64,000 nucleotides of DNA from an uncultured archaeon (GTDB taxonomy: Archaea > Thermoproteota > EX4484-205 > JAAOZP01), in assembly GCA_938045545.1 (NCBI GenBank), contig CALIBN010000002.1, forward strand, positions 90,675 through 154,674, written 5' to 3'. Positions within the stretch are counted from its first letter, which is position 1. Each line of letters opens with the position of its first letter. Made by a program: the position numbers and the translations under genes. Under the pieces are notes generated by a model. It was not told the origin of the DNA, searched no databases, and was given only the letters and a program-made list of their open reading frames with translations. This document shows positions 19,839 to 28,390 of the stretch, piece by piece.

Positions 19839-21632
19839 CTACTGTGCCTCCTTGGGCTCCTCCTCGATCTTCTTCAACTGACTCCTATACATTTCCAGGA
19901 TCTCCTTAACGGTTGTCGCCTGCTCCGGAGACTTATCGTCCCTAAGCTTCCCCGTGTACTTCGGGAAGCGGCCGGCGAAGCCTGACCCCTCTCTAACCAA
20001 GCCTAGGCCGCACGTGTGAACCGGGCTCAGGGTTATTTCGGAAACTATTATCTCAATGACTATTCTGGGCTCAACCCAGACGTCGGCCTCAATCTTAGAA
20101 TCCACCCTTGGATGACTATGCTCAATCCTGTATTTGTCAACCAGCTCGGTGAATCTCTCAAGGTCTTCGTCTGTAAAACCGGTTCCGCATTTAGCAAATG
20201 TTCTGAACATGTCCTCCTCAGGGTCATAGGCGGCTAGAAGATACGCGCCGTACCTGCCTGCCCTCTTCCCCCTGCCGTGGAAAGCCCCGACTATAACCAG
20301 GTCTATGGTGTCAGCGACCTCAACCTTATACTCTCTCTTCAGCTTTATCCAGCTCCACTCTCTGGCACCAGCCCTATAGGGTGCTTTCAAATCCTTAACA
20401 ACAAGCCCTTCGCAGCCCTCTGAAATAGCTTCCTCCATGAAGCTCTCTATCTCGCTTGGGTTTCTCGAAACGATTTGCCTAACCAGCTTAACCCTCTCGT
20501 CTTCAACAATAATCCTGCTTAACGCAGCTCTCCGCTCAACGTATTGTTTCTGAGTATAATCCATCCCGTCAGCATACAGGAGGTCGAAGAAGAATAGTGC
20601 AACAGGATACTCTTTCATCGCCTCCTCCACGCCATACTTCCTCCTCCTGTGCATAAGCTCTTGAAAAGGCAGCAGCTCCCCAGTATCCGGGTTTATCGCT
20701 ACGCACTCAGCCTCAAGAATAGCCTCACGGGCCTTCACATTCCTCTTGGCTAGCTCTATAGCGTCAGGATAGTGGCCAGTAATGTTTTCAAGCCTCCTAG
20801 AGAAAAGCATGATGCCGCCATCATACTTATGAACCTGGATGCGCTCCCCGTCGAGCTTATATTCTGCAGCAGCCTCGCCGCCAAGTTTTTCAAGAACCTC
20901 TTGAACGGTTGTCAAGCGTTCCGCAAGCATCGGCCTAACAGGCTTGCCGACCGTAATCTTAAAATCTGAAACACCGTTGAGCCCCTTCTCGGCAACAGCC
21001 CTCGCGACAGCCCCTAGGTCGCTGGATATGTTGTATGCACGCTCTATAATAGGCCTGTTAGACTTGTCTCCTGTGAACGCTTGAGCGAGGGCATCGAGTA
21101 TCGTGTAGTCAGCTATGCCGAGCCTAAGCCTCCCGGTGATCGTTCTAACAGCATACTTAGCCTCCTTCGGAGACATGTCTATCAGCAGGGAGACGAGTAG
21201 GCTAGTCTTCTGGGTCACGGAGCCTTTCCCACCTAGCTTAGCAAGCCTGTAGAGCTTCTCGTATACTTCCAGGAGGGTTGGGTTCCTGCTTACAAGCTTC
21301 CTCTGAACCTTTCTTCCTGCAAGGGTTTCCGCCACGCTTCCAAGGTCTCCGGTCTCCCTATAGATTTTCTCAACAGTATTCTGGTCAAACCCCGAGAAAT
21401 CCGTTAAAGCCCTTAAGACGAGCTTGTCAGCCATCCCGAACTCCAGGCCCTCGTAGTCCGGCCTAACTTTTCCCTGAAGCAGGTAGACGAGCTTCTCAAG
21501 CTCAGCGGGGCTGGCTTTCCTGAACAGGTCCGTGAGGAAGCTAGTCATTTCAATCCTTTTCGTCGTCGACTCGATTTGCTCCATCGCGTCCGCGACTTCT
21601 CTGAAAAGCATAACCATGGTTTTTAAGCGCAT
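19839..21632 (-). CDS. lig: ATP-dependent DNA ligase
   Basis: Adenylation motif EYKLDGERIQVH and an OB-fold C-terminus. The ORF runs to 21773, but its first 47 codons overlap the upstream gene and are low-complexity. ATG at 21632 (or 21617/21611) gives a typical ~600-aa ligase. Confidence 0.9.
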   Translation of the reverse strand: MRLKTMVMLFREVADAMEQIESTTKRIEMTSFLTDLFRKASPAELEKLVYLLQGKVRPDYEGLEFGMADKLVLRALTDFSGFDQNTVEKIYRETGDLGSVAETLAGRKVQRKLVSRNPTLLEVYEKLYRLAKLGGKGSVTQKTSLLVSLLIDMSPKEAKYAVRTITGRLRLGIADYTILDALAQAFTGDKSNRPIIERAYNISSDLGAVARAVAEKGLNGVSDFKITVGKPVRPMLAERLTTVQEVLEKLGGEAAAEYKLDGERIQVHKYDGGIMLFSRRLENITGHYPDAIELAKRNVKAREAILEAECVAINPDTGELLPFQELMHRRRKYGVEEAMKEYPVALFFFDLLYADGMDYTQKQYVERRAALSRIIVEDERVKLVRQIVSRNPSEIESFMEEAISEGCEGLVVKDLKAPYRAGAREWSWIKLKREYKVEVADTIDLVIVGAFHGRGKRAGRYGAYLLAAYDPEEDMFRTFAKCGTGFTDEDLERFTELVDKYRIEHSHPRVDSKIEADVWVEPRIVIEIIVSEITLSPVHTCGLGLVREGSGFAGRFPKYTGKLRDDKSPEQATTVKEILEMYRSQLKKIEEEPKEAQ

Positions 21633-21660
21633 TTGGAGTGGTAAAAATGTTTCTGTCTCT

Positions 21661-22128
21661 TTAGAAGGAACCGGGTGGGGATTCCGAGACGAGGAAGGCT
21701 TCCAGGAGCTTCCTGAAATCAACCGGGTCTCCTTCTCCAATCCCGGGACATTGCTCGTCGAAGAGGAAAACATACTCCTTGGAGCCGTGTTTAACCACCT
21801 CCACGTCTTCAGGGAGGCTTAGAAAGTGCTCCAGCACATTTTTCTCAACCGGGTAGAAAGGGTAAAGCCTGCATAAAAGAGGCTTGTAATCGTGGATGGT
21901 GCAAAGCCCATTTCTGAGGAATGGGCATAAACCTTTTTCACCGACCAGGATCATCCTACCCTCAGGGGTATAGTGTGGATTGAAGGAAGGTTTAGCGCTT
22001 CTAATCTTCTTCACATCTTCTTCAGAAAGCTCTGGGGTTAGACCGCAGCATTTCTCCCCGCAAAGTCTACATCTGAAAAGCATGTTTCTCCAAGCTATCG
22101 GAAGCCTAGAGGAAATATTTTCAACCAT
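21661..22128 (-). CDS. YkgJ-family (UPF0153) cysteine-cluster protein
   Basis: 155 aa. CRLCGEKCCG N-terminal cluster plus downstream CPF...C...C motifs. Confidence 0.65.
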   Translation of the reverse strand: MVENISSRLPIAWRNMLFRCRLCGEKCCGLTPELSEEDVKKIRSAKPSFNPHYTPEGRMILVGEKGLCPFLRNGLCTIHDYKPLLCRLYPFYPVEKNVLEHFLSLPEDVEVVKHGSKEYVFLFDEQCPGIGEGDPVDFRKLLEAFLVSESPPGSF

Positions 22129-22183
22129 TTAAACAGACGCTTACAGGAAGCTTTTTAAAACCTTATCCTTCAACCGAGTAGGC

Positions 22184-22765
22184 TTGAAGCGTAAAACTGC
22201 TGAAGCCCTCTCCTACCTGTTATCCAACCCCGTGGTAGGTGGGCTCGGAGGACTCGTATTGATGCTTAGGGAGGAGGCTTTACTAGACAACCCTGCGCTG
22301 AACATTCTAATAGTGTTGCTCTTCTACAGCATAGTCCCCTTTTTAAGCGTCTACTATCTCAGGCTGCGTGGTAAATCAGACGTGTTTATGAGTGAGAAAA
22401 GCAGGAGGCCGAAGCACTTTATTCCTGGGTTAGTGGGCTACGCGGTTTCAGCAATCGTCTTCCAAGCCTGGGGAATGAAGCTGATGAGAACCGTTTCATC
22501 CTCCTTCCTTTTAACATCGCTGATCCTCCTGCTCCTAACATTCGCGACAAAGGTGAGTATTCACGTCGGAGGCCTGACTGTGACAGTAATCCTAATACTT
22601 TACTCCTACTGGCCCACCGGATTAATCCTCTTACCCCTAATACCTGTTTTAGCGTGGGCACGCGTAAGCACGGGTGAGCACACCTGCTGGCAGACGGTGC
22701 TTGGCGTCTTTTCAGGCACCGTGGGAGGCCTGCTCGGAATAGCGTTTTTCCCAACGTGGTATTAA
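22184..22765 (+). CDS. Integral membrane protein, divergent PAP2-like
   Basis: 193 aa, TTG start, 5-6 TM helices. SIHVGG and ARVSTGEHTCWQTVLG loosely match PAP2 motifs C2/C3. Confidence 0.35.
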   Translation: MKRKTAEALSYLLSNPVVGGLGGLVLMLREEALLDNPALNILIVLLFYSIVPFLSVYYLRLRGKSDVFMSEKSRRPKHFIPGLVGYAVSAIVFQAWGMKLMRTVSSSFLLTSLILLLLTFATKVSIHVGGLTVTVILILYSYWPTGLILLPLIPVLAWARVSTGEHTCWQTVLGVFSGTVGGLLGIAFFPTWY

Positions 22766-22769
22766 CGCT

Positions 22770-23513
22770 TCACCAGTGCGCAGCCAAGCTGCCGAGCCTA
22801 GGGAAGGCTTTCAACCCTTCTCCCTGAGCTAGAAGCACGGGTGTAAACGACATCAGGTTGACTTTTCTAAGGATTGGGGAAAGAAGACTATTCGCGTCAA
22901 CCTCGTTCACCGCCATCCCCATTGTCAAAGGGTTCATCGAGGGGAGTACTATTATCTTCACCCCCCTGTGCTCACCGTAGAGGAAGCTTTTAAACCGGTG
23001 TTTAACCCCTATTGAGTCCCTTATTGAGACAACAGGGTGTTCATGACCCATGAGAACGGTGCTTCCGTCTCCAGGCAACTCGTGTTCCCTGTCTCCATGT
23101 ATCAGAAAGTATTTCCCAAGCCTCAGAGGCGGGTCCTGAAACTCCACGTTAAGCCTCCTTAAAACAATCCTCACGAAATTGTCATGGTTCCCCCTAACCA
23201 GCAGCGGCTCAGCGCCTAAGCTGCGAACATCGTTAACAAAATCCTGAACCTGCGTCCATTCCTCAGGATTTATGTCTCCAAACTCGTTCTTAATGTCCCC
23301 GAGGATTATAAGTCTCTTAGCAGACCTGTAGTTGAACATGTTTCTCAGCGACTTGACTACCGGGGCATATGTCGGGAAGGGGATGTGTACTCCTTTCTCC
23401 TCAAGCTCCCATTCTAGGCCGAGGTGAATATCGGCTACGACGATGGCGTCCATGGATTTTACGTAGAGGGCGGGTTCGAACTCGACTATCTCAACATCGT
23501 CAGTCAGCAGCAT
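22770..23513 (-). CDS. Lhr-associated metallophosphoesterase (MPE-like, calcineurin-fold)
   Basis: 247 aa. VVADIHLG, GDIKNEF, RGNHDNF, IHGD and GHEHP motifs. Overlaps the helicase gene stop by 14 nt. Confidence 0.75.
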   Translation of the reverse strand: MLLTDDVEIVEFEPALYVKSMDAIVVADIHLGLEWELEEKGVHIPFPTYAPVVKSLRNMFNYRSAKRLIILGDIKNEFGDINPEEWTQVQDFVNDVRSLGAEPLLVRGNHDNFVRIVLRRLNVEFQDPPLRLGKYFLIHGDREHELPGDGSTVLMGHEHPVVSIRDSIGVKHRFKSFLYGEHRGVKIIVLPSMNPLTMGMAVNEVDANSLLSPILRKVNLMSFTPVLLAQGEGLKAFPRLGSLAAHW

Positions 23514-26148
23514 GTATTGCCGCCAGAACCTCCCTGTGAAGCCTCTCTAGAAGCGTCCTCTTATCCTCCATGAGCACGACATCTGAGAAGCTTGAAACAA
23601 GCAGCGAGTGGGATAGGGGTGAAGCAATTCTGTTGGGCCTGCAGACCAGCGGGCTCCTCACACCCTCTTCAAGCTCTGCTACGAACCTCATCGCGTTCTT
23701 AATATCCATGACATCCTCAAGGATCTCCCTGTAGGTTTCCCTCATAACGGGGAAATCCTTCAAATCCTTCACAGCCTTAAGAACATGCTCAGAGTTCAAC
23801 TGGAGTTTAGAAACCATCACCTCGTGACCCTTATAGTTCCTAAGGATCATGAAGCTCCTTACAGCAACATGTCTAAATCTATGTTTCAACATGTCCGTCT
23901 TTTCAATCGACGAGACGACGAGCTCCTGAAGGTTTGAAGAATTCACTGACCTAACAATCTTTTCAGGATCAACCCTGTATTTGGGCGGAAGTATCAGCAG
24001 GAAGCCATTATCGCTCACCGCGATCTGTATTGAAACAGATCCGAGCAGGTTTGACGCAGCCACTGCGAACGCTCTTGAAAGCACGTCGTTAACTCTTCTC
24101 CCGACTAGGCTGTGGAAAACAACAATCTGCCTACCCGATTCGTCGACATAGTTCTCCACTATTAGCGAGCCCCTCCTGATGTACGGGAGTATGCCTATGT
24201 TGTTAAAGTATTCCGCGGTTATCTTAAGATAGTCGTAGAGGGCGACGGCAGTCTTCCTGTCTATCTTGAAATACTCCATGTATTGCTTAACCCTGTCCTC
24301 CTTCCGGTCGAACAGGATCGTCTGGAGCTCTCTTATCCTAAACTCGTCTATCATGCTCGCCAGGTCGTAGGAGAGGGGAAGCATCTCGGAGAACCATTGG
24401 GGCACGGTCGGCTTCTCACCTTCAGCAGGCTCGACGATAAGCTTCATTAAGCGGCTTTTCAAACACCTGTACGGCCTACCTCCCAGCAGGAAGATGTCCC
24501 CGGGGGAAAGCCTTTCGAAAAACTCCTCCTCAATGTTTCCAACAGGCCTGTTATCCCTAGTGAAAACCTTAACCATCGCCATGTCAGGTATCGTACCGGT
24601 GTTAGTCATGTAGATCACCCTGGCGAGATTACCCCTTCTCCCGAAAACCCCGTCAGCCTCGTCAAGCCAAATCTTCCCGTAAACCTTATATCCCTCGAGC
24701 TGCCTGTAATACCCGCTTAAATACCTCAGGACGCTTATGAAATCCTCTCTTCCAAGGTTTCTGAAATTGTATGATCTCCTGACGAGACCATAAGCCTCGT
24801 CAATCCTCCATTTTCTCTCAACAGCCATGCCTACGATATGCTGGGCTAAAACGTCGAGAGGATTCTCCGGAATATAGGTTTCGTCAAGCTTTCCTGCTTC
24901 AGCAGCCTTAGACATGACCAGAACCTCTAGCAGATCATCTCTCTCCATCGGTATGAAAATACCTTTTGAAACAGCCTCGAGAGAATGGCCCGAGCGCCCA
25001 ACTCTTTGAATAGCCCGGGTCACGGACTTGGGTGAGCCTATTTGGACAACGCAGTCTATGAAGCCGATGTCTATCCCTAGTTCAAGCGAGGTACTGGTGA
25101 CGACAGCCTTAAGCCTCCCCTTCTTCAACCTGTCTTCAACGTCCAGCCTAACCTCGCGAGAGAGAGAGGAATGGTGAGCAGCATACTCGTCCTCGCTCAA
25201 CACGGTTTTAGGCCTGAGCTTCTTAAGATGGTATACTACCCTCTCGGTGCTGCTTCGCGTGTTTGTGAAGATGAGAGTAGTCCTGTTGCGCTTTATGATT
25301 TCGTTTATCAACCTGTACATTCTTCTGCTGAGCTCTTCAGCAGGCGTGTGAACCAAGTCGTGGTGCGGCGACACGACTTTAAGCTCGAACTTCTTCGAAG
25401 CATGAACATCCACTATGGTGCAGGGCCGCGGCGAAGAATCCTCATATCCGGCCAGGTAGGCAGCAATCTTCTCCAAAGGATGGATGGTTGCGGATAGGCC
25501 TATTCTCTGGAAATCTTGGCCGGTAAAGCTTCTCAGTCTTTCAAGGCTTAGGGAGAGGTGGGCACCCCTCTTAGAACTGCAGAGCTCGTGTATCTCGTCC
25601 ACTACAACCCACTTGACACCCTTTAGGAAAGACCTGAACTTCGGCGCTACGAGAATTATAGATAGGCTTTCAGGAGTAGTTATGAGTATGTGAGGAGGCT
25701 TCTTAAGCATTCTTCCTCTTTCAGAGGTTTTAGTATCGCCCGTCCTAACGTGGATCCTTATCTCTGGAAGCGAGACCCCTTTCTCCTCGGCAAGCCTCCT
25801 TAACTCTTCCAAGGGCTGTGAAAGATTCTTCCTCACGTCATTGTTTAAAGACCGGAGGGGAGAAACATAAACGCAGTAAACCCTGTCTTCAAGCCTGCCT
25901 TCAAAACCAGTTTTAATCAGATCGTCCAGAATCGTTAGGAAGCATGCGAGCGTCTTACCGCTTCCGGTTGGTGCAGAGATTAAAGTGTTCTCACCCCTTC
26001 TAATGGGCATTATCCCGTAGGACTGTGGCGGGGTCAGCCCTTTGAACCTGCTTCTCAACCATTCTCCAACTATAGGGTGAAGTATCTTAACAACATCCTC
26101 AAGCGAACTCTTAACAGTGTAGAACCTGTAGGGCTCCCCTGACATCAC
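23500..26148 (-). CDS. lhr: Lhr-type (large helicase-related) superfamily-2 DNA/RNA helicase
   Basis: 882 aa. Walker A APTGSGKTLA, DEIH box (VVVDEIHELCS), and helicase C motifs followed by a long Lhr-type winged-helix/C-terminal region. Confidence 0.9.
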   Translation of the reverse strand: MMSGEPYRFYTVKSSLEDVVKILHPIVGEWLRSRFKGLTPPQSYGIMPIRRGENTLISAPTGSGKTLACFLTILDDLIKTGFEGRLEDRVYCVYVSPLRSLNNDVRKNLSQPLEELRRLAEEKGVSLPEIRIHVRTGDTKTSERGRMLKKPPHILITTPESLSIILVAPKFRSFLKGVKWVVVDEIHELCSSKRGAHLSLSLERLRSFTGQDFQRIGLSATIHPLEKIAAYLAGYEDSSPRPCTIVDVHASKKFELKVVSPHHDLVHTPAEELSRRMYRLINEIIKRNRTTLIFTNTRSSTERVVYHLKKLRPKTVLSEDEYAAHHSSLSREVRLDVEDRLKKGRLKAVVTSTSLELGIDIGFIDCVVQIGSPKSVTRAIQRVGRSGHSLEAVSKGIFIPMERDDLLEVLVMSKAAEAGKLDETYIPENPLDVLAQHIVGMAVERKWRIDEAYGLVRRSYNFRNLGREDFISVLRYLSGYYRQLEGYKVYGKIWLDEADGVFGRRGNLARVIYMTNTGTIPDMAMVKVFTRDNRPVGNIEEEFFERLSPGDIFLLGGRPYRCLKSRLMKLIVEPAEGEKPTVPQWFSEMLPLSYDLASMIDEFRIRELQTILFDRKEDRVKQYMEYFKIDRKTAVALYDYLKITAEYFNNIGILPYIRRGSLIVENYVDESGRQIVVFHSLVGRRVNDVLSRAFAVAASNLLGSVSIQIAVSDNGFLLILPPKYRVDPEKIVRSVNSSNLQELVVSSIEKTDMLKHRFRHVAVRSFMILRNYKGHEVMVSKLQLNSEHVLKAVKDLKDFPVMRETYREILEDVMDIKNAMRFVAELEEGVRSPLVCRPNRIASPLSHSLLVSSFSDVVLMEDKRTLLERLHREVLAAIHAAD

Positions 26149-26197
26149 TCAGGCTCCTTCAAAAGTTATGCGTAGGATAGTGTTGATAAACCTTATC

Positions 26198-26797
26198 CTA
26201 ACCCCTGTTTTCCCACCGAGGCATCACTATAAGGCCTTCATCAGGATCCCCATAGGCCTCGTAATCACCATCGTAAAACATTTTCGCCACGAGTGCAGCA
26301 GTAACCGCGTCAAGCTCATGATGAGTTGCCGCATTTTCCAGCCCCCTTACTATGAAACGTGCCAATCCTTTCCGAAGCCCATCGACGCCCCGGGATTTGC
26401 GCGGTATCCTAAGGATATCCTGGGCTCCGCCGGGATAAACCTCTATAACCCTGAAACCAGAGGAGCAAAGCATCTTCTTAAGCCTGATACCTCTTTCCGT
26501 CAGGGAGCGCATCGGCCCCAGTGTAACGGGGAAAAACCTTATGCCTCTTCTCAGAAGCTCCCTGTCGCAATCCCTAAGGTGGACGCTACTCCTAACCTCA
26601 AGGCTTACCCTTCCCCTCGGCAGGGAGAGCGGGGCATCGACCGCAACCACCGCAGGGTTGAAACGTGAAACTTCCCCCAGGATCTCCGCATCCTTGTGCA
26701 GGATCATTGTTTCAACGCTTAGAGACTCATCTAGGACTGCGAAGCCGCTCGGCCTGGTCTCAACCCCGGCTAGATCAATGCCCGCGAAAAACATCAT
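26198..26797 (-). CDS. Predicted RNase-H-fold nuclease (DUF429/COG2410-like)
   Basis: 199 aa. FAGIDLAG...SGFAVL, VAVDAPLSLP, RDCDRELLRRGIRFFP, EVYPG and HELDAVTAAL follow the DUF429 pattern as I recall it. Confidence 0.5.
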   Translation of the reverse strand: MMFFAGIDLAGVETRPSGFAVLDESLSVETMILHKDAEILGEVSRFNPAVVAVDAPLSLPRGRVSLEVRSSVHLRDCDRELLRRGIRFFPVTLGPMRSLTERGIRLKKMLCSSGFRVIEVYPGGAQDILRIPRKSRGVDGLRKGLARFIVRGLENAATHHELDAVTAALVAKMFYDGDYEAYGDPDEGLIVMPRWENRG

Positions 26798-27555
26798 ATT
26801 CTCAACCCAAACAGCTTGAGAGCGTTTCTAGTAGTTTCCTCAGCAACAGTATCCGGGTCGACTTTTTTAACCCTAGCTATCTCCCTGAGGCTGAAAACTA
26901 TGTTTGCAGGCTCATTCCTCTTAAACGGGTCAACCCCGAGAACAGGCGAGTCAGACTCCAGCAGAATGTTTTCCAACGGCAGCCTAGCCGCAAGCTTCTG
27001 CTTCTGCGGCGACCTCACTATTGAGGGTGGAATGCTGAAGAAGAAGCCTGCTTCAACACCCTTCATAGCATACGAGGCCTTCCCGTCGAAAGCATGCATC
27101 AAAACCCTCTTAGCATTGTTTTTAACCAGTACGTCGATAGCCTCTCTCCCGGCGCTTCTAGAGTGAACTATAATCGGCACATCAAGCTTTTTAGCGAGCT
27201 CTATGAAATCTTCGAAAACCCTGATAAGCCTATCCCTGTCCTCGCGACTCCTAACCGTATAGTAGTCTAGGCCCACCTCGCCAACTCCGATTATCCTACT
27301 CTTATTATCCAGAATGAGCCGCATAACTTCCTCATGGCTGAAAGAGAAAGGCGCTCCATAGTCGATACCGATTGTCGAGTAAACATAACCCCTGAATCTT
27401 TCCGAAATCCTCAGGGACCTTAAACCACCATCCTTGCCTAGTCCACAGTCCACGATAGCGGCTAAACCGTTCTCCCTGGCTTTCAACACGACACTATCCA
27501 GGTCCGCCTCGAAAGAGCTGTCGCTCAAATGTGCATGCGCATCCACGAGCTGCAA
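26794..27555 (-). CDS. tatD: TatD-family metal-dependent DNase/hydrolase
   Basis: 253 aa. N-terminal LVDAHAHL, GEVGLDY, VIVHSR, HAF and ESDSP motifs. 4-nt overlap with the downstream DUF429-like gene. Confidence 0.9.
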   Translation of the reverse strand: MQLVDAHAHLSDSSFEADLDSVVLKARENGLAAIVDCGLGKDGGLRSLRISERFRGYVYSTIGIDYGAPFSFSHEEVMRLILDNKSRIIGVGEVGLDYYTVRSREDRDRLIRVFEDFIELAKKLDVPIIVHSRSAGREAIDVLVKNNAKRVLMHAFDGKASYAMKGVEAGFFFSIPPSIVRSPQKQKLAARLPLENILLESDSPVLGVDPFKRNEPANIVFSLREIARVKKVDPDTVAEETTRNALKLFGLRI

Positions 27556-27625
27556 GGAGACGAGTCGGATTGTTCGAAGGCAGAGATAAACCTTTAACTA
27601 GCCTAAGCCGGCTAACTAAGCCGGG

Positions 27626-27829
27626 ATGGTTAAGAAGGCGAGCACTAAGCTATATGTGCTTAACAAGAGGCTGAGCGGGAAAACATACTCTGCAACGATG
27701 CTGTATTTGCCGAGTAAGGTTGTTAACGATTCAGCTTTCCCCCTGAGGAAGAAGGGCAGGCTCATCGTGAAAATAGTTGGCAAAAAGCTAGTTGTTGAAA
27801 ACGAGAAGACGGGCAGGAGAAAGCATTAG
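27626..27829 (+). CDS. Small basic protein, possibly AbrB/SpoVT-like
   Basis: 67 aa, Lys/Arg rich. YLPSKVVNDSAFPL and RLIVKIVGKKLVV resemble a swapped-hairpin barrel. Weak. Confidence 0.3.
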   Translation: MVKKASTKLYVLNKRLSGKTYSATMLYLPSKVVNDSAFPLRKKGRLIVKIVGKKLVVENEKTGRRKH

Positions 27830-28212
27830 CCAAGCCTGTGCTTGAAACTGGTGAAAGCCGTGTAAATTATTATGAATTGTTCAAGCTCCCTTAGGAAGCC
27901 TGTGCTTATATGCCATGATCCTTCTCTTTTCTCCACTATCCCGGCTCCCACAAGCCCCCTAATCATGTTGTAAAACTGGCCAACCGTGATCCTTCTTCTT
28001 ACCACCCAGCTTTTCCACTCGCTCACACTCATGCCTGAAGACCCCCTGGAGACAAGCTCCTCGCAGAAAACCTTCGCCTCAGACGCTAAAAGCGGGCTTC
28101 TCCAGAAAACCCTGGAAAACATCTCGTCAACGGTAGCGGGGACCCTGCCAGCTTTAAAAAGTATTGTAGTCCCTTTATGCGTCTGCCTACCCCTCCGGCT
28201 CCTCCTAGGCAT
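27826..28212 (-). CDS. Hypothetical protein with winged-helix-like segment
   Basis: 128 aa. Arg-rich N-terminus. VGQFYNMIRGLVGAGIVEKREGSWHIS looks like a wHTH recognition helix plus wing. Confidence 0.35.
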   Translation of the reverse strand: MPRRSRRGRQTHKGTTILFKAGRVPATVDEMFSRVFWRSPLLASEAKVFCEELVSRGSSGMSVSEWKSWVVRRRITVGQFYNMIRGLVGAGIVEKREGSWHISTGFLRELEQFIIIYTAFTSFKHRLG

Positions 28213-28390
28213 ACTCTCTACTTCTAAAAGCTCAGAGAAAAGGCTTACTGACCCCTGTTAACATGCCTCACTGAGGCGGCGATGAAATAGTGAAGCAGAC
28301 CTAAGGCATGTCATGGCAGGGTCCACTAATCGCGAACCTAGCATAACGAAGCGAATAAAACTGAGGAATGGACCAGTTGTGCATGCTGCA

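Noticed and set aside
21633-21773. 47-codon N-terminal extension of the DNA ligase ORF
   Set aside because: It overlaps the 3' end of the upstream YkgJ-like gene and is Ser/Pro-rich with no ligase homology expected. Internal ATGs at 21632, 21617 and 21611 give a canonical-length ligase.
26168-27166. Series of plus-strand ORFs (26168-26668, 26541-26819, 26665-27024, 26816-27166)
   Set aside because: All are antisense to the DUF429-like and TatD genes, which carry recognisable motifs. They overlap each other and are Arg/Ser/Pro-rich.
28261-28370. Possible C/D-box sRNA (GATGAA and CTGA elements, 7-bp inverted repeat CATGCCT/AGGCATG)
   Set aside because: The box order and spacing do not fit C-D'-C'-D architecture. 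The candidate C box is not RUGAUGA, and the element spacing (~80 nt) is longer than typical archaeal C/D sRNAs.
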